This document shows positions 8,087-16,244 of a stretch of 16,367 nt of DNA, one piece after another (the first letter of the stretch is position 1; every line of letters begins with the position of its first letter). The notes under the pieces were generated by a model. That model saw only the letters and a program-made list of their open reading frames with translations. It did not search any database and had not been told where the DNA came from. The stretch is from assembly GCA_046543235.1 (NCBI GenBank), contig JBKGZT010000030.1, forward strand, positions 1 to 16,367. The letters run 5' to 3'. This DNA is from Candidatus Acetothermia bacterium. GTDB taxonomy: Bacteria > Bipolaricaulota > Bipolaricaulia > M55B111. Position numbers and translations under genes: made by a program.

Positions 8087-9817
8087 TTGCCGGAAAAAGA
8101 CGCTGAAGCGGACTATTCGACTCGGCTCGGGGTTCTACCTATGATTCGAGGCGAGGAAGCGGCGGATACGTTAATAACGAACGGCTCTCTGGTAAACGTT
8201 CTGACCGGGGAGATCCTGGAGCGTGACGTGGCGATTAAGGGCGGGCGAGTCGGAGCAATTGATAAGGACCTGGACTCTTTGGCTGGAAGCTCTACCCGGG
8301 TTATCGATGCCGGCGGCCTATACTTGACACCTGGGTTCATCGACGCCCACCTCCATATCGAGAGTTCCATGCTTACTCCGGTCAGGTTTTCCGAGCTGAT
8401 GGCAGAAAAGGGCGTAACGACGGTTTTTTACGATCCGCATGAGATAGCGAACGTATCGGGCCTGGATGGCGTTAGGTGGACCTACGAGGAGATGGTAAGG
8501 AGTCCGGCAAAGGGTTTTCTAACCGTACCTTCCTGCGTGCCGGCCAGCTCACCTGAACTGGAAACTACCGGAGCCGAATTTGGACTGGAGGAGATCGATC
8601 GGGCCCTTGGCTGGGAAAAGACTGCTGCACTCGGAGAAATGATGAACTATCCTGGAGTCCTGTCGGGGCGGAGGGAGACGGTGGAAAAGCTCAAGTTGGC
8701 AGAAACACACGGGTTGCCGATCGAGGGGCACGCCAGTGGCCTTTCCGGCCGTGAACTGGACGGATACGGTTCGATGGGAATAGATTCCGACCACGAAGGG
8801 GTAAGCAAGGTAGAAGGAATCGAGAGGGCCCGGAAGGGTTTCTGGACGATGATAAGGGAGGGTTCCGGCTGGGCTGACCTGACGGAAGTCATCCGGGCGC
8901 TCACCGAAACCGACCTTTCTCCTACCAGATTCTGCCTAGTTACGGACGACCGGGATCCGATAGATCTGGTCGAAGAAGGCGGAGTCGACCACGTGATTAG
9001 AAGGGGGATAGAGGAAGGGCTGGAGCCGGTGCAAGCAATCCGTCTGGCAACTCTGAATCCCGCGACCAGGTTTGGGATGGACTCCGAGCTTGGTTCCATA
9101 TCTCCCGGAAGAAGAGCGGATATCAACCTGATAAGTGACCTTCAGACGGTGGAGGTGGAGACTACTCTGATCGGAGGAGAATCGGTTGATGAAATCGAAT
9201 GGCCGGAATCTAGTGCCTCTTCACTAAAGGGCACCGTAAACATACCCGGCGAGATATCTCTTGATACGTTCCGCCTGGATGAACGGGAGAAGAAATTTGG
9301 TATTCACGTTCACCAAGAGGATATAATTACGGAAAAAATGAGCCTCTCGGATTACGAAGGAGACCCGGCAGGGCTGAACAAATGCGCGGTACTTGAACGG
9401 CATAGATATACCGGCAACGTCGGAAGAAGTCTGGTGCGGGGTTTTGGTATCGATAACGGGGCGATCGGTTCGACAGTTGCCCACGACAGCCATAACTTGA
9501 TCGTCCTGGGCAGTGATGAGGAAAATATGGCCGAAGTCGCGAGGCATCTCAGACAACTGGGAGGTGGCCAGGCCGTAGCAAGAAACGGCGAAGTCGTGGC
9601 TTCCGTAAAGCTCCCGATTGCCGGTCTGATGAGCAACGAACAACCGGAAGAAGTTGCTGATTCTCTTAGGTCGGTGCAGGAAGCCGTAGGGGAACTCGGT
9701 GCCGACCTAGCTCAGCCGATGATGATACTGACTTCGCTCGCCCTTGCAGTTATCCCGGAAGTGAGGCTAACGGATAAAGGTTTGGTTGACGTCGACGAGC
9801 AGAAAATAATCGGTTAA
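8087..9817 (+). CDS. ade: Adenine deaminase (AdeC family, amidohydrolase superfamily)
   Basis: PGFIDAHLHIESSM, DPHEIANV, LGEMMNYPGV, EGHA, SDHE, IREGS, VTDD, STVAHDSHN and LAVIPEVRLTDKGL. Start placed at TTG 8087, 6 nt after SD GAGGTG (8075-8080); the alternative GTG 8078 lies inside the SD. Confidence 0.93.
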   Translation: MPEKDAEADYSTRLGVLPMIRGEEAADTLITNGSLVNVLTGEILERDVAIKGGRVGAIDKDLDSLAGSSTRVIDAGGLYLTPGFIDAHLHIESSMLTPVRFSELMAEKGVTTVFYDPHEIANVSGLDGVRWTYEEMVRSPAKGFLTVPSCVPASSPELETTGAEFGLEEIDRALGWEKTAALGEMMNYPGVLSGRRETVEKLKLAETHGLPIEGHASGLSGRELDGYGSMGIDSDHEGVSKVEGIERARKGFWTMIREGSGWADLTEVIRALTETDLSPTRFCLVTDDRDPIDLVEEGGVDHVIRRGIEEGLEPVQAIRLATLNPATRFGMDSELGSISPGRRADINLISDLQTVEVETTLIGGESVDEIEWPESSASSLKGTVNIPGEISLDTFRLDEREKKFGIHVHQEDIITEKMSLSDYEGDPAGLNKCAVLERHRYTGNVGRSLVRGFGIDNGAIGSTVAHDSHNLIVLGSDEENMAEVARHLRQLGGGQAVARNGEVVASVKLPIAGLMSNEQPEEVADSLRSVQEAVGELGADLAQPMMILTSLALAVIPEVRLTDKGLVDVDEQKIIG

Positions 9818-9908
9818 CTCTCAAGAACACTCCGACCGCTCGGCCGTTTACCTGCTATGAGTTTGCAGTAAGATATCTGGAAGCGGCTTTGTCCCTTTTC
9901 GCGGCTTT

Positions 9909-10727
9909 TTAGAATTCATAGTTCTCCCCGAGCAGGTCGACGCGGTAGGTGTAAAATGAGTTTTCTTCGTCCAGCCTCAGATATGCGATGAAGGTCCCGC
10001 CGTCCGCCAGGATCACTTTCTTCACCCCTGTTTCCGGGTCGGTTAAAACGAAGCGGTCTACGACTTTTGAAGAGCCGTCGATTTCCATCTCCTCCGTTTC
10101 TCTGTCCCGAAGCTGATAGTAAGCTTTAAGCCTCTCGTCGTCACCGCCTCTGGGGCCCGTACCACCGGTTCGAATCTCCACTATTTCTTTGGGCTCCCTT
10201 TTCGAGAGGATTAGGGCGGTAAAGGCCAGAGAGCCACCAGTTCCCTGAAAGTAAGAGTCGACTGGTTCCACCTTCCCTTCCTTTCTCTCTTCGCCCAGGT
10301 CGGCGTTGATACGTCCGTCCTCGACCGTAGACTTCAACCGGTCGCTTCCAATACCGAGAGGTCCGTCGTAGTTCAGCTCAAGCGACAGCGGGGAGAAGTC
10401 AGCTCCAACTCTTATTTCCTGGTCAAATTTGATCTTTGGCTTTACGAAAGGGATCGGAATTGGTGGCGTGACTACTCCTTCGGAAACGAGAACTATCTCA
10501 CCGGAGTCGTCCTTGATTAGTTCGTATTTTTCCGACCCCAGATCTTTCCCGTTGCTGACGTAAACAAGTTCTCCGCGGGAAAAGACGCCCCTTTCCGTTG
10601 AATTCAAACTATCCAGAGCTTCAGCCGCGGTACCTGTCTGGCCGCCGGGGAGACCAGAAATCAGGATAGTAAAAAGCAAAACCAGGAAGATAGATAGCGG
10701 GCTTCTGTTTAAAGTTATCTTGGACAT
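9909..10727 (-). CDS. Hypothetical secreted/exported protein
   Basis: Long ORF convergent with ade. Probable ATG at 10727 (the ORF track extends to 10751). N-terminal signal-peptide pattern MSKITLNRS-PLSIFLVLLFTILISG-...TAAEA. The mature part looks beta-strand-rich, with no motif I recognise. Confidence 0.7.
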   Translation of the reverse strand: MSKITLNRSPLSIFLVLLFTILISGLPGGQTGTAAEALDSLNSTERGVFSRGELVYVSNGKDLGSEKYELIKDDSGEIVLVSEGVVTPPIPIPFVKPKIKFDQEIRVGADFSPLSLELNYDGPLGIGSDRLKSTVEDGRINADLGEERKEGKVEPVDSYFQGTGGSLAFTALILSKREPKEIVEIRTGGTGPRGGDDERLKAYYQLRDRETEEMEIDGSSKVVDRFVLTDPETGVKKVILADGGTFIAYLRLDEENSFYTYRVDLLGENYEF

Positions 10728-10752
10728 AAAGATCCGACCCCGTTTTAGCACT

Positions 10753-10826
10753 TAATTTGAAACACTATTTAGGTGGGAACTATTTCATCCTAAGTTTTCT
10801 GGGGAGATAATTCAAACACTTTTTAA
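10753..10826. repeat. Imperfect direct repeat pair flanking the promoter
   Basis: TAATTTGAAACACTATTTA (10753-10771) and TAATTCAAACACTTTTTAA (10808-10826), 55 bp apart. Confidence 0.45.
10787..10815 (-). promoter_or_regulatory. sigma70-type promoter of the secreted protein gene
   Basis: On the - strand: TTGAAT (10815-10810), 17 nt, TAGGAT (10792-10787). This is the same -10 hexamer as the promoter at 2446. Confidence 0.55.
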
Positions 10827-10921
10827 CTGACTAACCGTATTCAACGGATCTCTAGATGCCTCGACTCTTTGGCTAGCAAAAGGGCGGGGAACTACTCAAA
10901 ATGCCAGACGAAAAACTTCAC

Positions 10922-11536
10922 TCAGTTTGCAAAGATAATTTCGCCCCTCTCCGGATCCATCGATTCTATGTCCACCAGGGAGAATATCGGTTTGTTTTCC
11001 TTACTCAGGCGCTGATAACCCCCGGACCCTTGCTTGCGGATGACAAAGCCGTATCCCACCACCGTGACGGAGAGGGCGTCCATTATATCCGAAAGGGTGC
11101 CCGCGGTTCTGCCGGTAAAGAGGAAGTCGTCGACGATCAATACCCGATCATCCGGGTCGAAGTAATCCCCGGAGACGGCCAGGGTGGTTTTGTTCTTTTT
11201 CGTTGGTGACTGGATCGTTCGGATCTCTTCTCCGCTCATCGTCGTCGGCACGCCTTTTTTCGCGTAAACGACCTCCACGTCCGGCTCTTGATCTATCAGG
11301 TTTGCCGCAGTTGTATAAGCGATAATGTTACCGGCTGCTTCAGCCGTCAGGACTTTGGTGACGCCGAGGTCTTGGAATTTCCTGGATATCGCTTTGCCGA
11401 CTTCGTTTAATAGCGAAGGTGCAACCTTGTGGTTTAAAAAGCTATCTACTTTGAGAAACTCCTCTCCTAAAACCTCTCCTTCGGCTTTGATCTTTTCGAT
11501 AAGTCTCTCTTTTGCGTTCTCTATTACGTTATCCAT
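10922..11536 (-). CDS. xpt: Xanthine phosphoribosyltransferase
   Basis: Xpt signature LKVDSFLNH, KVLTAEAAG, YAKK, SPTK and PRPP motif VLIVDDFLFTG. Overlaps the upstream gene's stop by 8 nt. Confidence 0.9.
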   Translation of the reverse strand: MDNVIENAKERLIEKIKAEGEVLGEEFLKVDSFLNHKVAPSLLNEVGKAISRKFQDLGVTKVLTAEAAGNIIAYTTAANLIDQEPDVEVVYAKKGVPTTMSGEEIRTIQSPTKKNKTTLAVSGDYFDPDDRVLIVDDFLFTGRTAGTLSDIMDALSVTVVGYGFVIRKQGSGGYQRLSKENKPIFSLVDIESMDPERGEIIFAN

Positions 11537-12926
11537 TCTCTCCCCCCAGAGTGTTGGGTTTTTCGCGGTTAATCCACTTCCCTTGAGCTTTTCGACCCCT
11601 GAATTCCTCTTCCTCGAGTATCGGTCTGCCGCGAAGGAAGACGAATCGCGGCCAGCCGTAAGCAGTTTTTCCCGTAAATGGGTTAAAGTCGGTATTCATG
11701 TGTAGTTTTTCGGGCTTTACCGACTTTGACTTGTCCGGGTCGAAGACCAAAATGTCGGCGTCCGTCCCCGGCCTAAGGCTTCCTTTTCGCGGGTAAAGAC
11801 CGAATCTTCTGGCCGGTTTTTCCGAGATCAATTCCACAAACCGTTCGATCGAAAGACGGTCCTTTCTAACCCCTTCCGTGTAGACGAGTGATCCGAGCGT
11901 TTCGACCCCCGGCAATCCTTGGGGGATATTGAGGAAGTCGTTCCGGAATTCGTCCTTTTGCTCGTTCCAGAACGGACAGTGATCTGTCGCCAAGGAGTCC
12001 AGGGTTCCTGTTTCGAGGGCGCGCCAGAGGGCTTCCTGGTCTTCTTTCAGCCTGAGAGGTGGTGTTGCGGCGTAACGGTGTCCGTTTTTCTCTTCGTAGC
12101 TCGACTCGTCCAGGATCAGGTACTGAGGGCACGTTTCCCCCGATACGTCGAGCCCCAGGTCCTTCCCCTGTTTGAGCAGTTCCACGCTCTTCCGTGTAGA
12201 GAGGTGGGCCAGGTGCAGACGGCCATCCATGGCTTCCGTCAGGTGTACCACCTTGCCCACTGCTTCGGATTCGGAATAGTCCGGTCTGCTTGCCGGGTGG
12301 TATTCTATCGACTTTTTATCCCGGGATGCCAGTTCGTCTCGGTTCTTCCGAATGATTTCGTCGTTTTCGCAGTGAACCATAGCCAATCCGCCGACTTCCC
12401 CTACCTCTTTCAGGGCCCGCGATAGTTCCCCGTCAGGCGTCCGCCTGTCCGACTCCCCATAGGCGGTAAAGAACTTGAAGGACGTTACTCCCTGTTCAAT
12501 TGCTTCCTCCAGGTCGCCGGGTTCTACGTCGTCATACCCGTAGAGCGTTCCGTGGAAGGAATAATCCACGGGGCACTTGCTTGCCTGCTCTTTTCTCTCC
12601 TTTATCCCCGAAACCAGGCCCTGATCAGGTCCCGGAGTGGTGAAATCGATGATCGTGGTCACGCCGCCGTGCGCTGCCGCCCTTCCCCCGGTAAAGAAAT
12701 CGTCGGAGGAGACGGTCCCGGCTACCGGAAGCTGCATGTGGGTATGGGAATCGATGAGTCCGGGAACGACGTATGCCCCGCCCGCATCGTATATTTGATC
12801 CGGGGTTTCCCCGTCCACCGAACTGCCGACGATCGCGATCTTTTCACCGGATACTCCGATATCTCCCTTAAAGACGTTTCCGTTTTGTACTATCAACCCG
12901 TTTTTTATGAGATAATCGAGTTTCAT
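11529..12926 (-). CDS. hydA: Dihydropyrimidinase / D-hydantoinase (cyclic amidohydrolase, HyuA-like)
   Basis: PGLIDSHTH, GGVTTIIDF, GVTSFKFF (carbamylated Lys), VHCEN, HLAHLS, ETCPQYL, PPLR, ATDHCPF and GLPGVE. ATG 12926 follows GGGAG; the alternative start is GTG 12941. Confidence 0.9.
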   Translation of the reverse strand: MKLDYLIKNGLIVQNGNVFKGDIGVSGEKIAIVGSSVDGETPDQIYDAGGAYVVPGLIDSHTHMQLPVAGTVSSDDFFTGGRAAAHGGVTTIIDFTTPGPDQGLVSGIKERKEQASKCPVDYSFHGTLYGYDDVEPGDLEEAIEQGVTSFKFFTAYGESDRRTPDGELSRALKEVGEVGGLAMVHCENDEIIRKNRDELASRDKKSIEYHPASRPDYSESEAVGKVVHLTEAMDGRLHLAHLSTRKSVELLKQGKDLGLDVSGETCPQYLILDESSYEEKNGHRYAATPPLRLKEDQEALWRALETGTLDSLATDHCPFWNEQKDEFRNDFLNIPQGLPGVETLGSLVYTEGVRKDRLSIERFVELISEKPARRFGLYPRKGSLRPGTDADILVFDPDKSKSVKPEKLHMNTDFNPFTGKTAYGWPRFVFLRGRPILEEEEFRGRKAQGKWINREKPNTLGGENG

Positions 12927-12938
12927 CTGTTCAACTCC

Positions 12939-12953
12939 CACGGTTATACAGAA
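12939..12953 (-). promoter_or_regulatory. Candidate operator (third copy of the CTGT-N3-ACMG motif)
   Basis: On the - strand TTCTGTATAACCGTG lies directly upstream of the hydA SD. CTGTATAACCGT matches CTGTATTACCGT (2473-2484) at 11 of 12 positions. Confidence 0.45.
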
Positions 12954-12986
12954 GGTTCAAGCCCAAAAGGGCGGCCGGGTTTAGGC

Positions 12987-13820
12987 TCAGTTTCTTAGAA
13001 GTTCTTCCAGTCCCCGCAGCGCAACCTTTCTACGGTACTCGGCCGACCCCCTTATGTCGCTGATGGGTGAGATTTCCGCTTCGAGCAGGTTTTTTGCCTC
13101 CGAAACCACGTCCTCGGTCAGCTTCTTTCCCTTCAGGTATTTCTCCACCGGGGTCGGGCGAACGATCGTCGGGGCGACCGCACCGTAAGCGATTCTGATG
13201 CCCTCGGTGAGATCTCCGTCGGTTTTCAGGACGAAGCCCATCGAACACACCGAGATGTCCAGGGCGTTACGCCGGCCGACCTTGTTGAAGAAGTGACGAT
13301 AATTGCCGGAAAGCCTGGGAATTTTTATGGATTCCAGGAATTCACCCCTTCGTAAGACCGTTTCACCCGGACCCGTAATGAAGTCCTCTATCGGAGTTCT
13401 CCGAGTTCCGTCCCTGCTTTTGAGCTTTAGCTGGGCATCGAGAGCGTAGAGGGCGATCAAGGTGTCCGCGGAGGGTGAAGCGTTGCAGATATTACCGCCG
13501 ACGGTCGCCTTGTTCCGAAGCTGGACTCCACCTACAGATTCGGCGGACTCCGCGAGTATCGGAAATTCTTCCTGAATGAGATTTGATCTTGCGAGCTCTC
13601 CGTGGGTTGTGGTTGCTGAGACCCTGATCTCCTCGTCCCTTTTCTCGATCTTTGGAACGTCGATCACGTTTGTCACGTCTAACAGGCGTTTCGGACTGAT
13701 CAGGTCCTTCTCGATTTTTACGAAGAGGTCGGTCCCGCCCGCTACGAGACGATAGTCGTTCTCGTTCATTCGATCGAATAGCTCTTCCTCGTCCTCCGGA
13801 ACCAGGAATTCAAACTCCAA
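12987..13820 (-). CDS. xdhB: Xanthine dehydrogenase-family FAD-binding medium subunit
   Basis: VAGGTDL, QLRNKATVGGNICNASPSAD, KVGRR and PISDIRGSAEYR. TTG start after a GGAGG SD. No HcrB-type Cys insertion. Confidence 0.92.
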   Translation of the reverse strand: MEFEFLVPEDEEELFDRMNENDYRLVAGGTDLFVKIEKDLISPKRLLDVTNVIDVPKIEKRDEEIRVSATTTHGELARSNLIQEEFPILAESAESVGGVQLRNKATVGGNICNASPSADTLIALYALDAQLKLKSRDGTRRTPIEDFITGPGETVLRRGEFLESIKIPRLSGNYRHFFNKVGRRNALDISVCSMGFVLKTDGDLTEGIRIAYGAVAPTIVRPTPVEKYLKGKKLTEDVVSEAKNLLEAEISPISDIRGSAEYRRKVALRGLEELLRN

Positions 13821-14442
13821 TTTCCTCCCCCTCCTCTTTCAGGTAAGTCTCGATTTCTTCGACGTCGGATTTTTCGTCCACGTCAAGCACGACACCTTTC
13901 CAGTCAGTCTCCACCAGTTTTAGTTCGTCCCGGTTCTCGCTAATTAGCCTCCTTGCTCCTCTATCTCCGGAAATTTCCGTGGAGAGTGCCCGCTTCCATC
14001 TCCGATCCAGCAGTACCGGGAAACCTCGCTGTTCTTTATAAGCAGGTGCCACGATCGACGAGCCGGGCTCCCTTGCCTCGATCACCCGGGTTATTAAGGA
14101 AGGTGTTATCAGGGGCATATCGGCTAGAAACAACAGTAACCCGGTTGTACCGTCTTCCACGGAGCTTACCCCCAGCTTGACCGAAGAACTCAAGCCTTCT
14201 CCCCAACTATCGTTTTCCAGCACTCTGAAATGCGAAGTGTCGATCGAAGCCTTTATCTCTTCTGCCCGGTATCCGAGCACCAGCAGGGGGTCATAAGTCC
14301 AGTTTAATTCCTCAATAGCCTCCATCGGCCAGCGGATGAGCGGTTTTCCTCCCAGCTCGACGAGTTGCTTTAACCCTCCGAACCTGGTAGCGCCACCGCC
14401 CGCGAGCAGGATGGGAGTTAATTCGTACGGTCTAGAGCTCAA
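13810..14442 (-). CDS. mocA: Molybdenum cofactor cytidylyltransferase (MocA/YgfJ-like nucleotidyltransferase)
   Basis: ILLAGGGATRFGGLKQL, N..WGEGLSSS, LADMP, GFPV, GDRGAR and DVD. Lies between XDH subunit genes with 11-nt overlaps on both sides. Confidence 0.87.
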   Translation of the reverse strand: MSSRPYELTPILLAGGGATRFGGLKQLVELGGKPLIRWPMEAIEELNWTYDPLLVLGYRAEEIKASIDTSHFRVLENDSWGEGLSSSVKLGVSSVEDGTTGLLLFLADMPLITPSLITRVIEAREPGSSIVAPAYKEQRGFPVLLDRRWKRALSTEISGDRGARRLISENRDELKLVETDWKGVVLDVDEKSDVEEIETYLKEEGEEIGV

Positions 14443-14917
14443 TCCTTTTCCCTTTTTCCCTTAATTTTTCCCCCGCAATCTCGATGGCGTCCACGATCTT
14501 TGTGTATCCGGTACAGCGACAGATATTTCCTTCAATTCCCTTCCGGATCTCCTCTCGGGATGGGTTTGGGTTTTTATCCAGTATCTCAAGGCCGACCATG
14601 ATAAAACCGGGGGTGCAAAAACCGCACTGGACTCCTCCGGATTCCACGAAAGCTTCCTGCAAAGGATGAAGCTGGCCTTCTTCTTCCAGGCCTTCGATGG
14701 TCTTAATTCGGGATCCGTCGACCTGAGGTACGTATGTCAGACAGGATAGTTGGGACTCGCCGTCGATTAGGACGGTACAGGAACCACATTCACCTACGCC
14801 GCAGCCCTCCTTCACTCCCGTGAAACCCAGCTCGTCCCGGAGGAAATCTAACAACCGCATGTCCGACCTTACGTCACGTTCGTACCGCTTGCCGTTGACG
14901 GTTACCTCTATATCCAT
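14432..14917 (-). CDS. xdhC: Xanthine dehydrogenase-family [2Fe-2S] small subunit
   Basis: GCGVGECGSCTV...SC and QCGFCTPG...NICRCTGY. ATG 14917 follows GGGGT; the ORF track starts at 14944. Confidence 0.94.
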   Translation of the reverse strand: MDIEVTVNGKRYERDVRSDMRLLDFLRDELGFTGVKEGCGVGECGSCTVLIDGESQLSCLTYVPQVDGSRIKTIEGLEEEGQLHPLQEAFVESGGVQCGFCTPGFIMVGLEILDKNPNPSREEIRKGIEGNICRCTGYTKIVDAIEIAGEKLREKGKRIEL

Positions 14918-14992
14918 TTTTACCCCGCTTTTTATATTTATCACCCCGAAGCCCGAACAACGGGGCCTCGAGCTTTCTACCAGGGATAAAAC

Positions 14993-16237
14993 TTATAGGT
15001 CCTCTTCCAGCGCGCTGTCCACGGCTGACAGTTCAGGTGGGATTGCGATTGGATCTTCTACGCCCTTCTTTGCCGCTTCTACGTCCTTCAGGCCGCTACC
15101 GGTGATAAATATCCCGATCCTATCCTCCTTGTCTAGCATTCCTTCGGAGAGCGCTTTTTTGAAGCCGGCGTAGGCTGCAGCCGCGGCAGGTTCCGCGAAG
15201 ATACCTCTCTTTCGGGCGAGCTCGGTCAAGCCGGCAGTTATTTCACTGTCGCTTACCGTCATGTAGTGTCCACCGTTATCGTGGACGTACTTAATTGCTT
15301 TCACGATGTCTCGGGGTTTCCCCACCGAGATGCTGTCGGCAATGGTGGCTGCATCCTTCTCAGCCAATTCGACATCCCCGCCATCGTAACTGGCGAAAGT
15401 CGAAGCTATGGTATCTGCTCCCTCTGCTTGAACGCCGATTACCTCCGGCACACGATCTATCAAATCGATACGGGCCAGTTCCTTGAAGCCCTTTGTCAGC
15501 CCGCTAATTATCGATCCGTCCCCTACGGAGACGAATACCTTGTCCGGAGGTTCCCAATTTAGTTGATCGGCCATTTCCAGCGCCCCGGTCTTCTTCCCCT
15601 CAACCAGATAGGGATGAATAGCAGCCGAACGGTTGTACCAGCCGTATTTTTCCGCAGCTTTAAGGGCAAGATCATAGGCCCGATCGTAGCTGGCGTCTAC
15701 GGCGAATACGTTGGCTCCATATACCAGAAGCTGGGTTATCTTTGCCTCCGGGGCGGACTTCGGTACGAAGATTATCGTCTTCATGTTCGAAGCCGCAGCC
15801 AGTCCCGCTAACGAACTTGCCGCGTTGCCAGTGGAGGCACACGTCATGGTATCTATTCCTTTTTGCCGAGCTGCGGCAATTGCAAGGACCGTTGCCCGGT
15901 CCTTGTAAGACGCTGTGGGGTTGCCACTATCGTCCTTGATCCAGATCTCATTAACTTTGTCGGTAAGCCCGTGAAAGGAGTAGAGGGGGGTTCCGCCCAC
16001 CCTCATCGGAGGCAGGTCCTCCAGGTCCTGGATCGGAAGAAGGGAAGAGTATTTTTTGATATCCCGCTCGGACGAGCTTTTGACCTGTTGGTGAAAATCC
16101 TTTCCCACCTTTTCGTAGTCGTATACGACTTCCAGTGTTCCTTTCCTCGGGCCGCATTTCGGGCAGGTGTAATCCAGTTCGTCTGGCCCGTATAACTTTT
16201 CACAAGAAACACAACGTAATCCGTTTATGTTTTTCAT
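14993..16237 (-). CDS. Threonine-synthase-like PLP enzyme with N-terminal CxxC..CxxC zinc ribbon; probably not a true ThrC
   Basis: CVSC..CPKC, NPTASYKDR (PLP Lys), ASTGNAASS, EGKKT, SVGDG, TIADSISVG, FAEPAAAA and ITGSGLKD. Confidence 0.85.
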   Translation of the reverse strand: MKNINGLRCVSCEKLYGPDELDYTCPKCGPRKGTLEVVYDYEKVGKDFHQQVKSSSERDIKKYSSLLPIQDLEDLPPMRVGGTPLYSFHGLTDKVNEIWIKDDSGNPTASYKDRATVLAIAAARQKGIDTMTCASTGNAASSLAGLAAASNMKTIIFVPKSAPEAKITQLLVYGANVFAVDASYDRAYDLALKAAEKYGWYNRSAAIHPYLVEGKKTGALEMADQLNWEPPDKVFVSVGDGSIISGLTKGFKELARIDLIDRVPEVIGVQAEGADTIASTFASYDGGDVELAEKDAATIADSISVGKPRDIVKAIKYVHDNGGHYMTVSDSEITAGLTELARKRGIFAEPAAAAAYAGFKKALSEGMLDKEDRIGIFITGSGLKDVEAAKKGVEDPIAIPPELSAVDSALEEDL

Positions 16238-16244
16238 TTGACCA

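Noticed and set aside
9818-9908. Bidirectional terminator between the convergent ade and secreted-protein genes
   Set aside because: Only weak bulged or mismatched stems (TTACCTGC/GCAGTAA) and a short GCGGCTTT repeat, with no convincing U-tract.
12958-12989. SECIS-like hairpin after the xdhB TGA
   Set aside because: Readthrough gives TGA GCC TAA, only one more codon, and the protein is complete.
14930-15000. Purine riboswitch suggested by TTTCTACC
   Set aside because: It is on the non-coding strand and lacks the ATATGG and CCGTAAA loops and the P1-P3 stems.
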